A DNA stretch of 64,000 nt from Spirochaetia bacterium (GCA_017535435.1 JAFXTY010000041.1:770-64769); one strand, 5' to 3'. Shown: positions 9,688 to 18,104, numbered from the stretch's first letter. A program made the numbers and translations. The notes: generated from the sequence alone by a model not told the origin.

Positions 9688-11042
9688 CCACACTGGAATC
9701 CATCAAAGAATATCTGCAGATGCTCAATCCCGCAGAGCTCAAGAAGAACCTGAAGGAAATATCGACTCAGGATCTTATTGAGAACTGGGACGACCTGTCT
9801 GAAGATGAAGAGAAAATCATATTCCGCAATCTCCCTCTTGATATGAAGATAGATCTTATGGACTCCCTCTCCTCAAAGGACCAGGAGGATATAATCCGGG
9901 GTCTTACTGACGGTGGAATCACAGGTATCAAGCAGCTTCTCAAGGAGATGGAGCCTGACGACCTGGTGGACATAATCCAGTCTGCATCCCCAGATGTACG
10001 CAAGTCGGTATGGGAAAACCTCTCTGACGATGTGAAGAAGGAGATGATCTTCCTCCTCAAGTTCGACGAGGATGATGCGGCAGGCCTCATGACCCCCCGC
10101 TATATTGCCATCAAGTCCAATATAACAGTGGGGCAGGCTCTCAAGTTTATCCGGGGTCAGCATGCCAAGGATGTGGAGACCCTCTATATCATCTATGTGG
10201 TTGACCAGCTTAAGCGGCTTATCGGCCTTGTCTCCCTCCGTGACCTTCTGGAGCACGAGGATGACGAGATAATCAAGAATATAATGGAGACCGATATCAT
10301 CTCGGTACACGACGACACCGACCAGGAGGAGACAGCCAAGATTTTCATCACCTACGGCTTCCTTGCAGTTCCTGTAGTGGACGAGAACAACGTGCTCCTG
10401 GGTATTGTAACCTACGACGATATCATCGACGTCATCAGAGAAGAGCAGACCGAGGATGTTTACAAGATGGGCGCCATGACCGGTGAGATTGAGCCATACC
10501 TTGAGACATCCATATGGGGCATGGTGAAAAAGCGTGTTCCATGGCTGGTTGTCCTTCTTTTCCTGGGCACCATAACCACCAACGTGCTTGCCCACTACGA
10601 GAGCATAGTGCTGGGTGCCGCCTTCCTCTTCATATTCATGCCTGTAATAACCCAGACCGGAGGAAACGTGTCAAACCAGTCCTCAGCCCTTATGATCCGT
10701 GGTCTTGCCACCGGAGAGATCGAGAGCGAGGATATGTGGCGCATCATTCTCAAGGAGATGGTCATCGGACTTCTCATGGGTCTGATAACCGGTGCCGCCA
10801 TCTTCTTCCGCGGAGTTCTCTTTCCTCCTGAGATCACCATATTCCAGGGTATTGCCATAGCCATATCCCTGTGCTTTGTGGTTGTCTTCTCCACTGTGCT
10901 GGGTGCCTTTGCGCCTCTTTTGATCCACAAGATGGGCTTTGACCCTACTGTCATGTCAGGACCGCTTCTCTCCACATTCATTGATGTATGCGGACTCTCC
11001 ATCTATTTCGAGATCACAAAGATTATTCTTCAGAAGTTCTGA
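9684..11042 (+). CDS. mgtE: magnesium transporter MgtE
   Basis: MgtE N-domain, tandem CBS domains and a 5-TM C-terminal domain. ATGA overlap with murB. Confidence 0.8.
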   Translation: MTTLESIKEYLQMLNPAELKKNLKEISTQDLIENWDDLSEDEEKIIFRNLPLDMKIDLMDSLSSKDQEDIIRGLTDGGITGIKQLLKEMEPDDLVDIIQSASPDVRKSVWENLSDDVKKEMIFLLKFDEDDAAGLMTPRYIAIKSNITVGQALKFIRGQHAKDVETLYIIYVVDQLKRLIGLVSLRDLLEHEDDEIIKNIMETDIISVHDDTDQEETAKIFITYGFLAVPVVDENNVLLGIVTYDDIIDVIREEQTEDVYKMGAMTGEIEPYLETSIWGMVKKRVPWLVVLLFLGTITTNVLAHYESIVLGAAFLFIFMPVITQTGGNVSNQSSALMIRGLATGEIESEDMWRIILKEMVIGLLMGLITGAAIFFRGVLFPPEITIFQGIAIAISLCFVVVFSTVLGAFAPLLIHKMGFDPTVMSGPLLSTFIDVCGLSIYFEITKIILQKF

Positions 11043-11125
11043 AAATAATGTGAAAAATGACTTTTATTTTTTTTCTCATTATAGTATAACATTCTTTACA
11101 AATTCATTTGTTTGAGGAGTTTAAA

Positions 11126-12244
11126 ATGATCAAAGTAGGTTTTGTCGGTTATCGCGGCATGGTCGGCTCCGTTCTCATGCAGAGAATGGTGGAAGAAAAT
11201 GATTTCGGCGGGTTCGAGAAGGTGTTCTTCTCATCCTCACAGGCTGGAAAGTGTGATAAATATGCTGGCGGAGATACTGGGATTCTCGAGGACGCTTACA
11301 ATATCGACAAACTCAAACAGATGGATATTGTTGTCACATGCCAGGGAGGCAGCTATACGGAGAAGGTTTATCCTGAACTCATGGCCACAGGCTGGAAGGG
11401 CTACTGGATCGACGCTGCATCCACACTGCGCATGGCAGACGACAGCATCATCATCCTGGACCCTGTGAACAGACCAGTCATTGACAAGGCTCTTAAGGAT
11501 GGAATCAAGACTTTCGTAGGCGGAAACTGCACTGTAAGCCTCATGCTCATGGGAATCGGAGGCCTTTTCAAGAACAACCTGGTGGAATGGCTCACAACCA
11601 TGACATATCAGGCATCCAGCGGCGCAGGAGCAAAGAATATGAAGGAGCTTCTGGCTCAGATGAAGTTCCTGGGAAGCGCTGCAGGGGACAAAATCTATGA
11701 TCCTGCATCCCAGATTCTTGAGGTGGACCGGACAGTGACAGCTGCAATGCGGTCTCCTGAGATGCCTGTTGCAAACTTCAAGGTTCCTCTGGCAGGAAGC
11801 GTAATCCCATGGATTGACAAGAAGCTTGATAACGGCCAGTCCAAGGAGGAGTGGAAGGGAGTATCCGAGACCAACAAGATCCTCCAGACCAAGAAGATGA
11901 TCCCTATCGACGGTATCTGCGTAAGAATCGGAGCAATGCGGTGTCACAGCCAGGGTATCACAGTGAAGCTGACCAAGGATGTTCCGCTGGATGAGATCTA
12001 CGACATCATCGGTTCTGCAAACCAGTGGGTAAAGGTTATTCCTAACGAGATTGAGGACACCATCAAGTACCTGTCACCGGCTGCTGTTTCCGGCACACTG
12101 ACTGTACCTGTAGGAAGAATCCGCAAGATGAACCTGGGACCAGAGTACCTGACCCTGTTCACCGTGGGCGACCAGCTCCTGTGGGGCGCTGCGGAGCCAA
12201 TACGGAGAATGCTCAAGATTGCCCTGGAATATATCCAGAAATAA
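11126..12244 (+). CDS. asd: aspartate-semialdehyde dehydrogenase
   Basis: [14 protein letters not shown] matches the NAD(P)-binding N-terminus of Asd. Active-site Cys in GGNCTVS. GAGGAG RBS before the ATG at 11126. Confidence 0.85.
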   Translation: MIKVGFVGYRGMVGSVLMQRMVEENDFGGFEKVFFSSSQAGKCDKYAGGDTGILEDAYNIDKLKQMDIVVTCQGGSYTEKVYPELMATGWKGYWIDAASTLRMADDSIIILDPVNRPVIDKALKDGIKTFVGGNCTVSLMLMGIGGLFKNNLVEWLTTMTYQASSGAGAKNMKELLAQMKFLGSAAGDKIYDPASQILEVDRTVTAAMRSPEMPVANFKVPLAGSVIPWIDKKLDNGQSKEEWKGVSETNKILQTKKMIPIDGICVRIGAMRCHSQGITVKLTKDVPLDEIYDIIGSANQWVKVIPNEIEDTIKYLSPAAVSGTLTVPVGRIRKMNLGPEYLTLFTVGDQLLWGAAEPIRRMLKIALEYIQK

Positions 12245-12251
12245 TAAACAA

Positions 12252-12331
12252 GGCCAGAAATAAGGCACCCCTGCTCGATTAGGTGCGCTCCCTGCGGGCC
12301 GCAATATCGACAGGGGTGTCTTTTTCTGGCC
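12252..12331 (+). terminator. long-range inverted repeat downstream of asd (terminator-like, atypical)
   Basis: ggccagaaataaggcacccctg (12252-12273) is nearly complementary to caggggtgtctttttctggcc (12311-12331). The arms enclose a GC-rich 37-nt core and are followed by CTGCTTTTCTCCC. Confidence 0.35.
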
Positions 12332-12365
12332 CTGCTTTTCTCCCATACTCCAGGGAACCCTGCGC

Positions 12366-12395
12366 TTGACAACTTGAAGAGGTGGGAATTAAAAT
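12366..12395 (+). promoter_or_regulatory. sigma70-like promoter TTGACA-N17-TTAAAAT ending 6-7 nt before the ATG at 12402
   Basis: cttgacaacttgaagaggtgggaattaaaatttcagtATG. No SD. Confidence 0.4.
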
Positions 12396-12401
12396 TTCAG
12401 T

Positions 12402-13661
12402 ATGAAAGCAAACAGATGGCTTTGCCTGCTCTTGGCGATTTGTCTCGTGTTCACACTCACTGCCTGCGGTGGTGGCGGTGGTTCCGATGACAATAATGAT
12501 GCAGATACATGGCCTGTGGAGTTTTACAGATCAACAGGTGGCTCTTCAGTATCAGCTATGAGAGTCGCTCCTGCAACAGGCAGCTACAAATATATCTATT
12601 TCTATGAAAACGGCACCTACAAGTCAGGAGACCTGAACAACGGGACACTGACACAAACTGGAAGCGGCACTTATACCGGTGGCGACCCCCACGGCATCGT
12701 CACACTGATCTTGACCGGTACTTACGAGGGGAATACCATCAGTGGCAAAACAGTAGTCATCAGCTCAAGTTCGCTTACTATTGATGGGCAGACATTTGCT
12801 CGTTCCGACAGCAATACCACTCCAGGCGGTGGCGGCAACGGAGGAGGCGGCAACAAAGGTGGCGGAGGCTCCGGTGGAGGGGGCGGAGCGGGTTATCCCG
12901 TTTCATTAAATCCGCTCTGCTTTACAGCAAATACTGCCGGTTCAACAATCAAACTTAAGGCTCATGATTATTTTCCACCTTCTTCTATTCCGACAGTACA
13001 ATATTCAACCGATGGAGAGAATTGGAATTCTTATATTTTAAACACTTTAATAAACCTTGAGCATCCGGGGGATAAAGTTTATTTCAGAGGAGATAACGGA
13101 TCATTCTGTGATGAAGATGGAAATATGAATTTTGTCATGGATGGATCCATTGCGGCAAGCGGAAACATCATGAGCCTGCTGGACAAGACCTGTGAATTGA
13201 CAACAATACCAAATGCATGGTGTTTTTATTATTTATTTAATAGTTGTAATGCCCTGACGACAGCCCCAGAGCTGCCGGCAACTGTTTTAAAGAATGGATG
13301 TTATGCATCTATGTTCAATGGGTGCGCTTCCCTTACAGTAGCTCCAGAATTGCCAGCTGCAACCTTGGAATCGGCATGTTATGAAAATATGTTCTATATG
13401 TGTTCTAGTCTGGAAACTGTGCCTTTAATTGCGGCCACAACATTATTAATATATTCCTGTGATGGTATGTTTAGCGAATGTAATAACTTAAATAGTATTA
13501 CAGTTAATTTTACAGGCTGGTCTGGAGATGCTACAGATTACTGGGTTAAAAATGTTGCAGCGACCGGAGATTTCTATTGTCCTGCCACTCTGGCAACTGG
13601 TGCCCCAGGAGATTTTGGAGACTCCAAGGTTCCTGCCGGCTGGACTGTGCACAATCCATAA
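12402..13661 (+). CDS. surface lipoprotein with Gly-rich linkers and C-terminal BspA-type leucine-rich (LRR_5-like) repeats; paralog A
   Basis: LTACGGGGGSDD lipobox. Conserved N-domain WPVEFY..YKYIYFY..GDLNNG. Gly-rich linker (GGGNGGGGNKGGGGSGGGGG). Repeats of LPATVLKNGCYASMFNGCASLTVAPE. The C-terminal half is markedly AT-rich relative to the N-terminal half. Confidence 0.6.
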   Translation: MKANRWLCLLLAICLVFTLTACGGGGGSDDNNDADTWPVEFYRSTGGSSVSAMRVAPATGSYKYIYFYENGTYKSGDLNNGTLTQTGSGTYTGGDPHGIVTLILTGTYEGNTISGKTVVISSSSLTIDGQTFARSDSNTTPGGGGNGGGGNKGGGGSGGGGGAGYPVSLNPLCFTANTAGSTIKLKAHDYFPPSSIPTVQYSTDGENWNSYILNTLINLEHPGDKVYFRGDNGSFCDEDGNMNFVMDGSIAASGNIMSLLDKTCELTTIPNAWCFYYLFNSCNALTTAPELPATVLKNGCYASMFNGCASLTVAPELPAATLESACYENMFYMCSSLETVPLIAATTLLIYSCDGMFSECNNLNSITVNFTGWSGDATDYWVKNVAATGDFYCPATLATGAPGDFGDSKVPAGWTVHNP

Positions 13662-13682
13662 TATGTGACTGCCACCGGACAT

Positions 13683-13979
13683 TTATGCCATAGCGACTGT
13701 CGGAATCTTTGCTATTTCTGATTCCAATTCATATTTGGCGTTGCGGATATCTATGTCATTCTGAATGTTTAGGAAATAGCTGTCAGATACCCCAAAATAT
13801 TTAGCCAGCCTTAGGGAAGTGTCAACAGTTATCTTCCTGCGGTCATGGAGAATGTCCTGTATCCTTGATACCGGCACATTAATCCCCTGTGCAAGTTTAT
13901 ATGCAGATATCTTGTATGGTATCATAAATTCTTCTTTCAGAATCTCTCCCATTTTAGGTGTTTCAATATGTTTTTTCAT
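13683..13979 (-). CDS. higA: HigA antitoxin (XRE-family HTH)
   Basis: HPGEIL-type N-terminus (PKMGEILKEEFMIPYKIS..LAQGINVPVSRIQDILHDRRKITVDTSLRLAKYFGVSDSYFLNIQNDIDI) matches the HigA family. Confidence 0.8.
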   Translation of the reverse strand: MKKHIETPKMGEILKEEFMIPYKISAYKLAQGINVPVSRIQDILHDRRKITVDTSLRLAKYFGVSDSYFLNIQNDIDIRNAKYELESEIAKIPTVAMA

Positions 13980-13988
13980 TTCTCGCTC

Positions 13989-14270
13989 CTAATGATAATC
14001 AACTATCTCAAGGTCATAAAAATCACCTAGGTATTCTCTAAAGCAGATACGAAATCTGTCATTTATCCGTATGCTGTATTGCCCTGACCTATCTCCATGA
14101 AGCAGTTCTAAATGATTGCCTGGTGGAATCCTGAGATCTTCCAACTTTTCAGCATTATCAATCATAATCAGCTTCCTCAATGCAACTTTTTGTATAGCAT
14201 TTGGAAACTTTGGCGATTTCTCTTGATAATATATTTTTCTTGTTTCTTTATCTGCAAAACTCTTTATCAT
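13989..14270 (-). CDS. higB: HigB toxin (RelE/ParE superfamily mRNA interferase)
   Basis: MIKSFADKETRK...PPGNHLELLHGDRSGQYSIRINDRFRICFRE...EIVDYH matches the HigB consensus. Toxin lies upstream of antitoxin, as in higBA. Confidence 0.8.
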   Translation of the reverse strand: MIKSFADKETRKIYYQEKSPKFPNAIQKVALRKLIMIDNAEKLEDLRIPPGNHLELLHGDRSGQYSIRINDRFRICFREYLGDFYDLEIVDYH

Positions 14271-14299
14271 ATTATACCTACTTTGCGTGTATATGTCAA
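14271..14299 (-). promoter_or_regulatory. consensus TTGACA-N17-TATAAT directly abutting the higB ATG
   Basis: Minus strand reads ttgaca tatacacgcaaagtagg tataat ATG. A short inverted repeat tatac/gtata sits in the spacer. Confidence 0.35.
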
Positions 14300-14475
14300 T
14301 CGGGTAGATTTTGATTTTACCTGATTGAGTGTTTTACTTGTATAAACACAAAAAAATGCGTTTTTGCTTCAATTTTTGCTCCACAAATTTCAAAAAAATA
14401 AAAAAACTTTATAAATCATTACAATGCCAGCAAATAGCCTCATCTGCTTGTAGTACCTGCCATCGGTCGGTGCGT

Positions 14476-14545
14476 ACCCTGCAGACAAGAATAAGCCATA
14501 TTCACTTGTTTCTTTTGAGTGAATATGGCTTTCTTGTTGCTGCAG
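14476..14545. repeat. long imperfect hairpin (inner 13-bp perfect stem aagccatattcac/gtgaatatggctt, extended outer stem)
   Basis: ctgcagacaagaa-taagccatattcac-ttgtttcttttga-gtgaatatggctt-tcttgttgctgcag. Lies 70-130 nt downstream of the smpB stop, with no adjacent U/A tract. Confidence 0.5.
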
Positions 14546-14612
14546 AGCGCAATGTCTCGGGCAGGCACTTCAGCTGGCTTTCTTTTTCTAGCACACGCCA
14601 GGGAACCCTGAA

Positions 14613-15050
14613 TCAGCCTTCCCGTTCCAGGTCCCGCTGCTTGATGGTTTCCCGCTTGTCGTAAAGCTTCTTACCGCGGCAGATGCCCAGTTCCACCTTT
14701 ATGAGACCGTTCTTCAGGTACACCTTGATAGGAACTAATGTGAAGCCTTTCTCCTCCACCTTCTTCCGGAGTTTTCTGATCTCTTCCTTGTGGACCAGGA
14801 GTTTGCGCTCCCGCTCCGGCTCGTGGTTGTGCAGGTTGCCGAAGGGGTAGGGAGAGATGTGGAAGCCGATGAGATAGAGCTGACCTTCCTTGATCCGGGC
14901 GTAGGAGTCTCCGAAGGAGAAGCGGTTCTCCCTTAAGGATTTAACCTCGGTGCCCTGGAGCTCGATGCCGCATTCCAGTGTCTCATCTATAAAAAAGTTG
15001 AACCTTGCTTTCTTGTTGAGGAGAAGCAGTTTTACATGTTCGTCTGCCAT
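14613..15050 (-). CDS. smpB: SsrA-binding protein SmpB
   Basis: NKKARFNFFIDETLECGIELQGTEVKSLR and a basic C-terminal tail match SmpB. Confidence 0.85.
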   Translation of the reverse strand: MADEHVKLLLLNKKARFNFFIDETLECGIELQGTEVKSLRENRFSFGDSYARIKEGQLYLIGFHISPYPFGNLHNHEPERERKLLVHKEEIRKLRKKVEEKGFTLVPIKVYLKNGLIKVELGICRGKKLYDKRETIKQRDLEREG

Positions 15051-15051
15051 A

Positions 15052-16395
15052 TCACTTCTCCACCAGGACTACGCGGAACCCGAGGAACGGAGTGACCCAC
15101 TCTGGACTCTGGCAGCCCCGCACCCAGGCCTGTCTGCCGCCGCCTCGCACCGCCTTCTCGGCTCCCGCTAAGGTGTCTGGCGCATTGTCAGAATAGAAAA
15201 CATCGGCTGGGGCATACCAGTTCTGGCACCAGTCCCATAGGCTCTGTGGGCTATCCTTGCCGTTCTGTGCATAGGCTTCCCACTCATATTCGGTAGGGAG
15301 TCGGAATATGTACTTGTCTTTAAGGTCGGCCGGGAGCTGGTCGGTAAGATACTGGCAGTAGGCCTGGGCTCCGTACCAGGATACATTGGATACATGCTCC
15401 TTGTCGGTGCTCTCCGTGCTGTACTCAATCTTCTCGGCCCATTTTGGGTACACCTTGACGAACTTGCTGTAGGCATCTTTGGTTATCTGCTCTGAGATAT
15501 AGACCTTGGTTATCTGCTTTGCATAGGGTGCGGGGTCTGCTTCGTTGAAGGCCCCTGTCTGCCCCTGGTGGCCAAGGATGTAGGTTCCGGCCGGCACTTC
15601 GGTAAGGTGCATGCCCAGCAGGGTAAGGTCGCCGGCCTTAGGGGAAACGCTGGCCACCAGGGCTGGCTGCTTTGCGCCGGCCTGTGCAGCTGCTGCTTCG
15701 CTCAGCTTGCCGGGGCAGGCGCAAAGGTGGCAGATGGCGTCGCCATTGCCCCCCAGCAGCTTGACAGCTGCCGCAGCCAGTGCGTTGTCGCTCTGGTCTG
15801 GCAACTTTTCCTCTTTAAGCAGGGAATAGGCGTTTATGAAATCTTTTATAAGATAATCGTTATAGGCATGCTTCAAAGCGTTCAGCAGAAAGGTCTCCAC
15901 CTTGGCCTTGTCCTGATAGCTTGTCAGAGCTTTGACTGCCTCGGTGAGCACAGGTTGGGGCTGATACCGTTCCGAGAATGAGTTTATAAGACCATAGGTG
16001 GCATACTCGGTGAAGGCGCTCTGCATGATTGCATCGGGCTGTGCCAGTGCCAGCTGTGTGCTGACCTTCAGCTTCTTTGGAATGAACTTGGAGCAGAATA
16101 TTCTTCCTTTGACTTGAATGGAGACTGACTTCTCCTCAAAGCCGACCTTCCTGAAGGTTATGGTGTAATTCCCTTTGGGGAAGAAGGCTCTGCAGGGGGT
16201 GGCTCCCACATAGGTGGTGCCGCTCCACACCGAAGTCTCTGCAGGATCTGAACTGAAGACAACTACAGAACCGCTGTTCCTGAGCCCCGGGTAGACCAGG
16301 AGGAAAAACAGGATTGCCAGGAGGAGGGTGGAGTAGAGTATAAACAGGTATTTTCCAGGTTTCATCCCCAGAAAATTCTTCAATTTCACATCCAT
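15052..16395 (-). CDS. membrane-anchored protein with C-terminal SUMF1/FGE-sulfatase (formylglycine-generating enzyme family) domain
   Basis: N-terminal TM helix. C-terminus has HVSNVSWYGAQAYCQYL...TEYEWEAYAQNG...RGGGRQAW, the signature of the FGE/EgtB/PvdO fold. Confidence 0.6.
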   Translation of the reverse strand: MDVKLKNFLGMKPGKYLFILYSTLLLAILFFLLVYPGLRNSGSVVVFSSDPAETSVWSGTTYVGATPCRAFFPKGNYTITFRKVGFEEKSVSIQVKGRIFCSKFIPKKLKVSTQLALAQPDAIMQSAFTEYATYGLINSFSERYQPQPVLTEAVKALTSYQDKAKVETFLLNALKHAYNDYLIKDFINAYSLLKEEKLPDQSDNALAAAAVKLLGGNGDAICHLCACPGKLSEAAAAQAGAKQPALVASVSPKAGDLTLLGMHLTEVPAGTYILGHQGQTGAFNEADPAPYAKQITKVYISEQITKDAYSKFVKVYPKWAEKIEYSTESTDKEHVSNVSWYGAQAYCQYLTDQLPADLKDKYIFRLPTEYEWEAYAQNGKDSPQSLWDWCQNWYAPADVFYSDNAPDTLAGAEKAVRGGGRQAWVRGCQSPEWVTPFLGFRVVLVEK

Positions 16396-16432
16396 GCTTC
16401 AATTATATGAAATTGCTTTATCCCTTGTCAAC
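16396..16432 (-). promoter_or_regulatory. consensus promoter TTGACA-N18-TATAAT ending 6 nt before the ATG at 16395 (apparently leaderless)
   Basis: Minus strand reads ccgttgacaagggataaagcaatttcatataattgaagcATG. Confidence 0.4.
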
Positions 16433-16437
16433 GGAAT

Positions 16438-17436
16438 ATGAATATGATACATTTAAAGCGTATGGAAAGGCTCTACGACGCGCTTCAGCACTACACTGAA
16501 AAATATCTCACATACCGTAAGAAAAAGAAGGCAGAGCGTATCGAGAAACAGAAGCATGTTAACCAGATTGTGGACTGGATAAAGTCTTTCCTCTGGGCTG
16601 CCATGGTGGTGCTCCTGATCAACCAGTACCTGTTCCAGGCCTATGTGATTCCATCAGGCTCCATGATGAACACTCTACTTATCAAGGACCGCCTTTTTGT
16701 GAACAAGTTCATCTACGGCCCCGAGCTTATTCCAGGTGTAGGCAAACTGCCTGGCCTAAAGAGCCCAAAGCGTGGCGAAATAATTATTTTTGAAAGCCCC
16801 ACATATCTTTCCAAGGGGCCGGTATTCGACATAACCCAGCGTATCCTTTACATGGTGACCCTTTCCCTTGTGGATATAGACAAGGACTCCTACGGTGAGC
16901 CCAAGGCCCATTTCCTTATAAAGAGGGCAGTGGGAGCTGAGGGAGACAGAATCCGATTCCGCAATGGCAATATGGAGATCCGTCCGGCTGGTGCACCTGA
17001 ATGGATAAAGGAGGCAGATTTCCTACAGCAGGGCTGTGTTCCCGCCTCAGTTCGCCGTCTGGTGGCCGATTCCGATTATCCTCTTATAAAGCAGGCTGGT
17101 GAGGCCGGTGCCCTGTTTGATCATGGTTACAATATCTCTGCAGCCGACATGGCTGTGATAAAGAAGCTGGACTCGGGCTATGTGGACAACCTTGCCTTTG
17201 CTGAATACAGAAACCGTATGAACCATGTCATTGACCCTTCTGATGTTGCCAGTCGCATCAGCTGGAGGAAGAGCAGCGAAGGATGGTACATCCCGGAAGG
17301 CTATATCTTCCCATTGGGGGAGAACAGGGACAACTCCAGGGACGGCCGGTACTTCGGACCTGTCCAGAAGAGCAAGGTGCTGGGACAGGCATATATCATC
17401 TACTGGCCTCTGGGCAGAGCCGGGATTGTCAGATAA
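16438..17436 (+). CDS. lepB: signal peptidase I
   Basis: IPSGSM (catalytic Ser box), KRAVGAEGD, GDNRDNSRDGRYFG (box E). Confidence 0.8.
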   Translation: MNMIHLKRMERLYDALQHYTEKYLTYRKKKKAERIEKQKHVNQIVDWIKSFLWAAMVVLLINQYLFQAYVIPSGSMMNTLLIKDRLFVNKFIYGPELIPGVGKLPGLKSPKRGEIIIFESPTYLSKGPVFDITQRILYMVTLSLVDIDKDSYGEPKAHFLIKRAVGAEGDRIRFRNGNMEIRPAGAPEWIKEADFLQQGCVPASVRRLVADSDYPLIKQAGEAGALFDHGYNISAADMAVIKKLDSGYVDNLAFAEYRNRMNHVIDPSDVASRISWRKSSEGWYIPEGYIFPLGENRDNSRDGRYFGPVQKSKVLGQAYIIYWPLGRAGIVR

Positions 17437-18104
17437 TGGGAAAATACTATAAGTTCCCACGCAGATACTATAACCGCAACAAGGTGCGAAAACCCCTTAA
17501 ACCTAAACATATCCTCCAGCTGGCAGTGCTGTGCGTAGTCTTCTATCTTCTTTGCAGTGCTTTTTTCATCGGGACATACAGGGCGGGAAGCGATTCCATG
17601 AGCCCCTGGTGCAGCTCCCGGGACACGCTGGTTGCTGTCCGCACCTGGTACACCCATCTTGACCGGGGCGATGTGGTTCTATCTACGCCTCCTTTCTACC
17701 GCACTGCTCCTCTATGGCTCAGAGCCCTGGATTCAACTGTCCAGGTTTGCACTTTACGTACTGTCAAGATTGCTGAGTTCTTCGGTTATGATACGGGCTA
17801 TACAGTGAAGCGTGTCGTGGGTCTTCCAGGGGATACTGTGAAGATTGTGGGAAACCAGGCCTATATTCTCCTGGCTGGTTCTGAGATATATATTTCAGAG
17901 ACAGACCTGGGGCTTGTTGATAAGATTACCCCTGCCGAAATAGAGATGCTTAAGAAAGTACCCCCTGTGAAGCTGGAGAAGGGCTGCTACTACCTCTTGA
18001 GCGACAATCGGAATTTCCTTTCCGATTCCAGGAGCATGGGACCGGTGGAGAAGAAACAGATTCATGCCAAAGTCATATACCGCATTAAAAGCTTCAGAAA
18101 ATAA
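17436..18104 (+). CDS. lepB: signal peptidase I, second tandem paralog
   Basis: GSDSMSP, VKRVVGLPGD, LSDNRNFLSDSRSMG. TAATG stop/start overlap with the upstream lepB. Confidence 0.7.
   Translation: MGKYYKFPRRYYNRNKVRKPLKPKHILQLAVLCVVFYLLCSAFFIGTYRAGSDSMSPWCSSRDTLVAVRTWYTHLDRGDVVLSTPPFYRTAPLWLRALDSTVQVCTLRTVKIAEFFGYDTGYTVKRVVGLPGDTVKIVGNQAYILLAGSEIYISETDLGLVDKITPAEIEMLKKVPPVKLEKGCYYLLSDNRNFLSDSRSMGPVEKKQIHAKVIYRIKSFRK

Noticed and set aside
12351-12363. 13-mer ccagggaaccctg present at 12351 and 14594
   Set aside because: Exact 13-mer repeats are expected by chance several times in 64 kb. There is no extended similarity around them.
14271-14612. Possible tmRNA (ssrA) gene downstream of smpB
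   Set aside because: No 5' GGGG.../3' ...CCACCA acceptor pairing, T-loop (GGTTCGA-like) or resume-codon tag ORF is visible on either strand. Only a generic hairpin. A covariance-model search would be needed to be definitive.
14329-14664. 111-aa ORF in the smpB-higB intergenic region
   Set aside because: It starts in an AT-rich promoter region, runs into the smpB coding strand antisense, has Cys/Ser-rich nonsense composition, and has no RBS.
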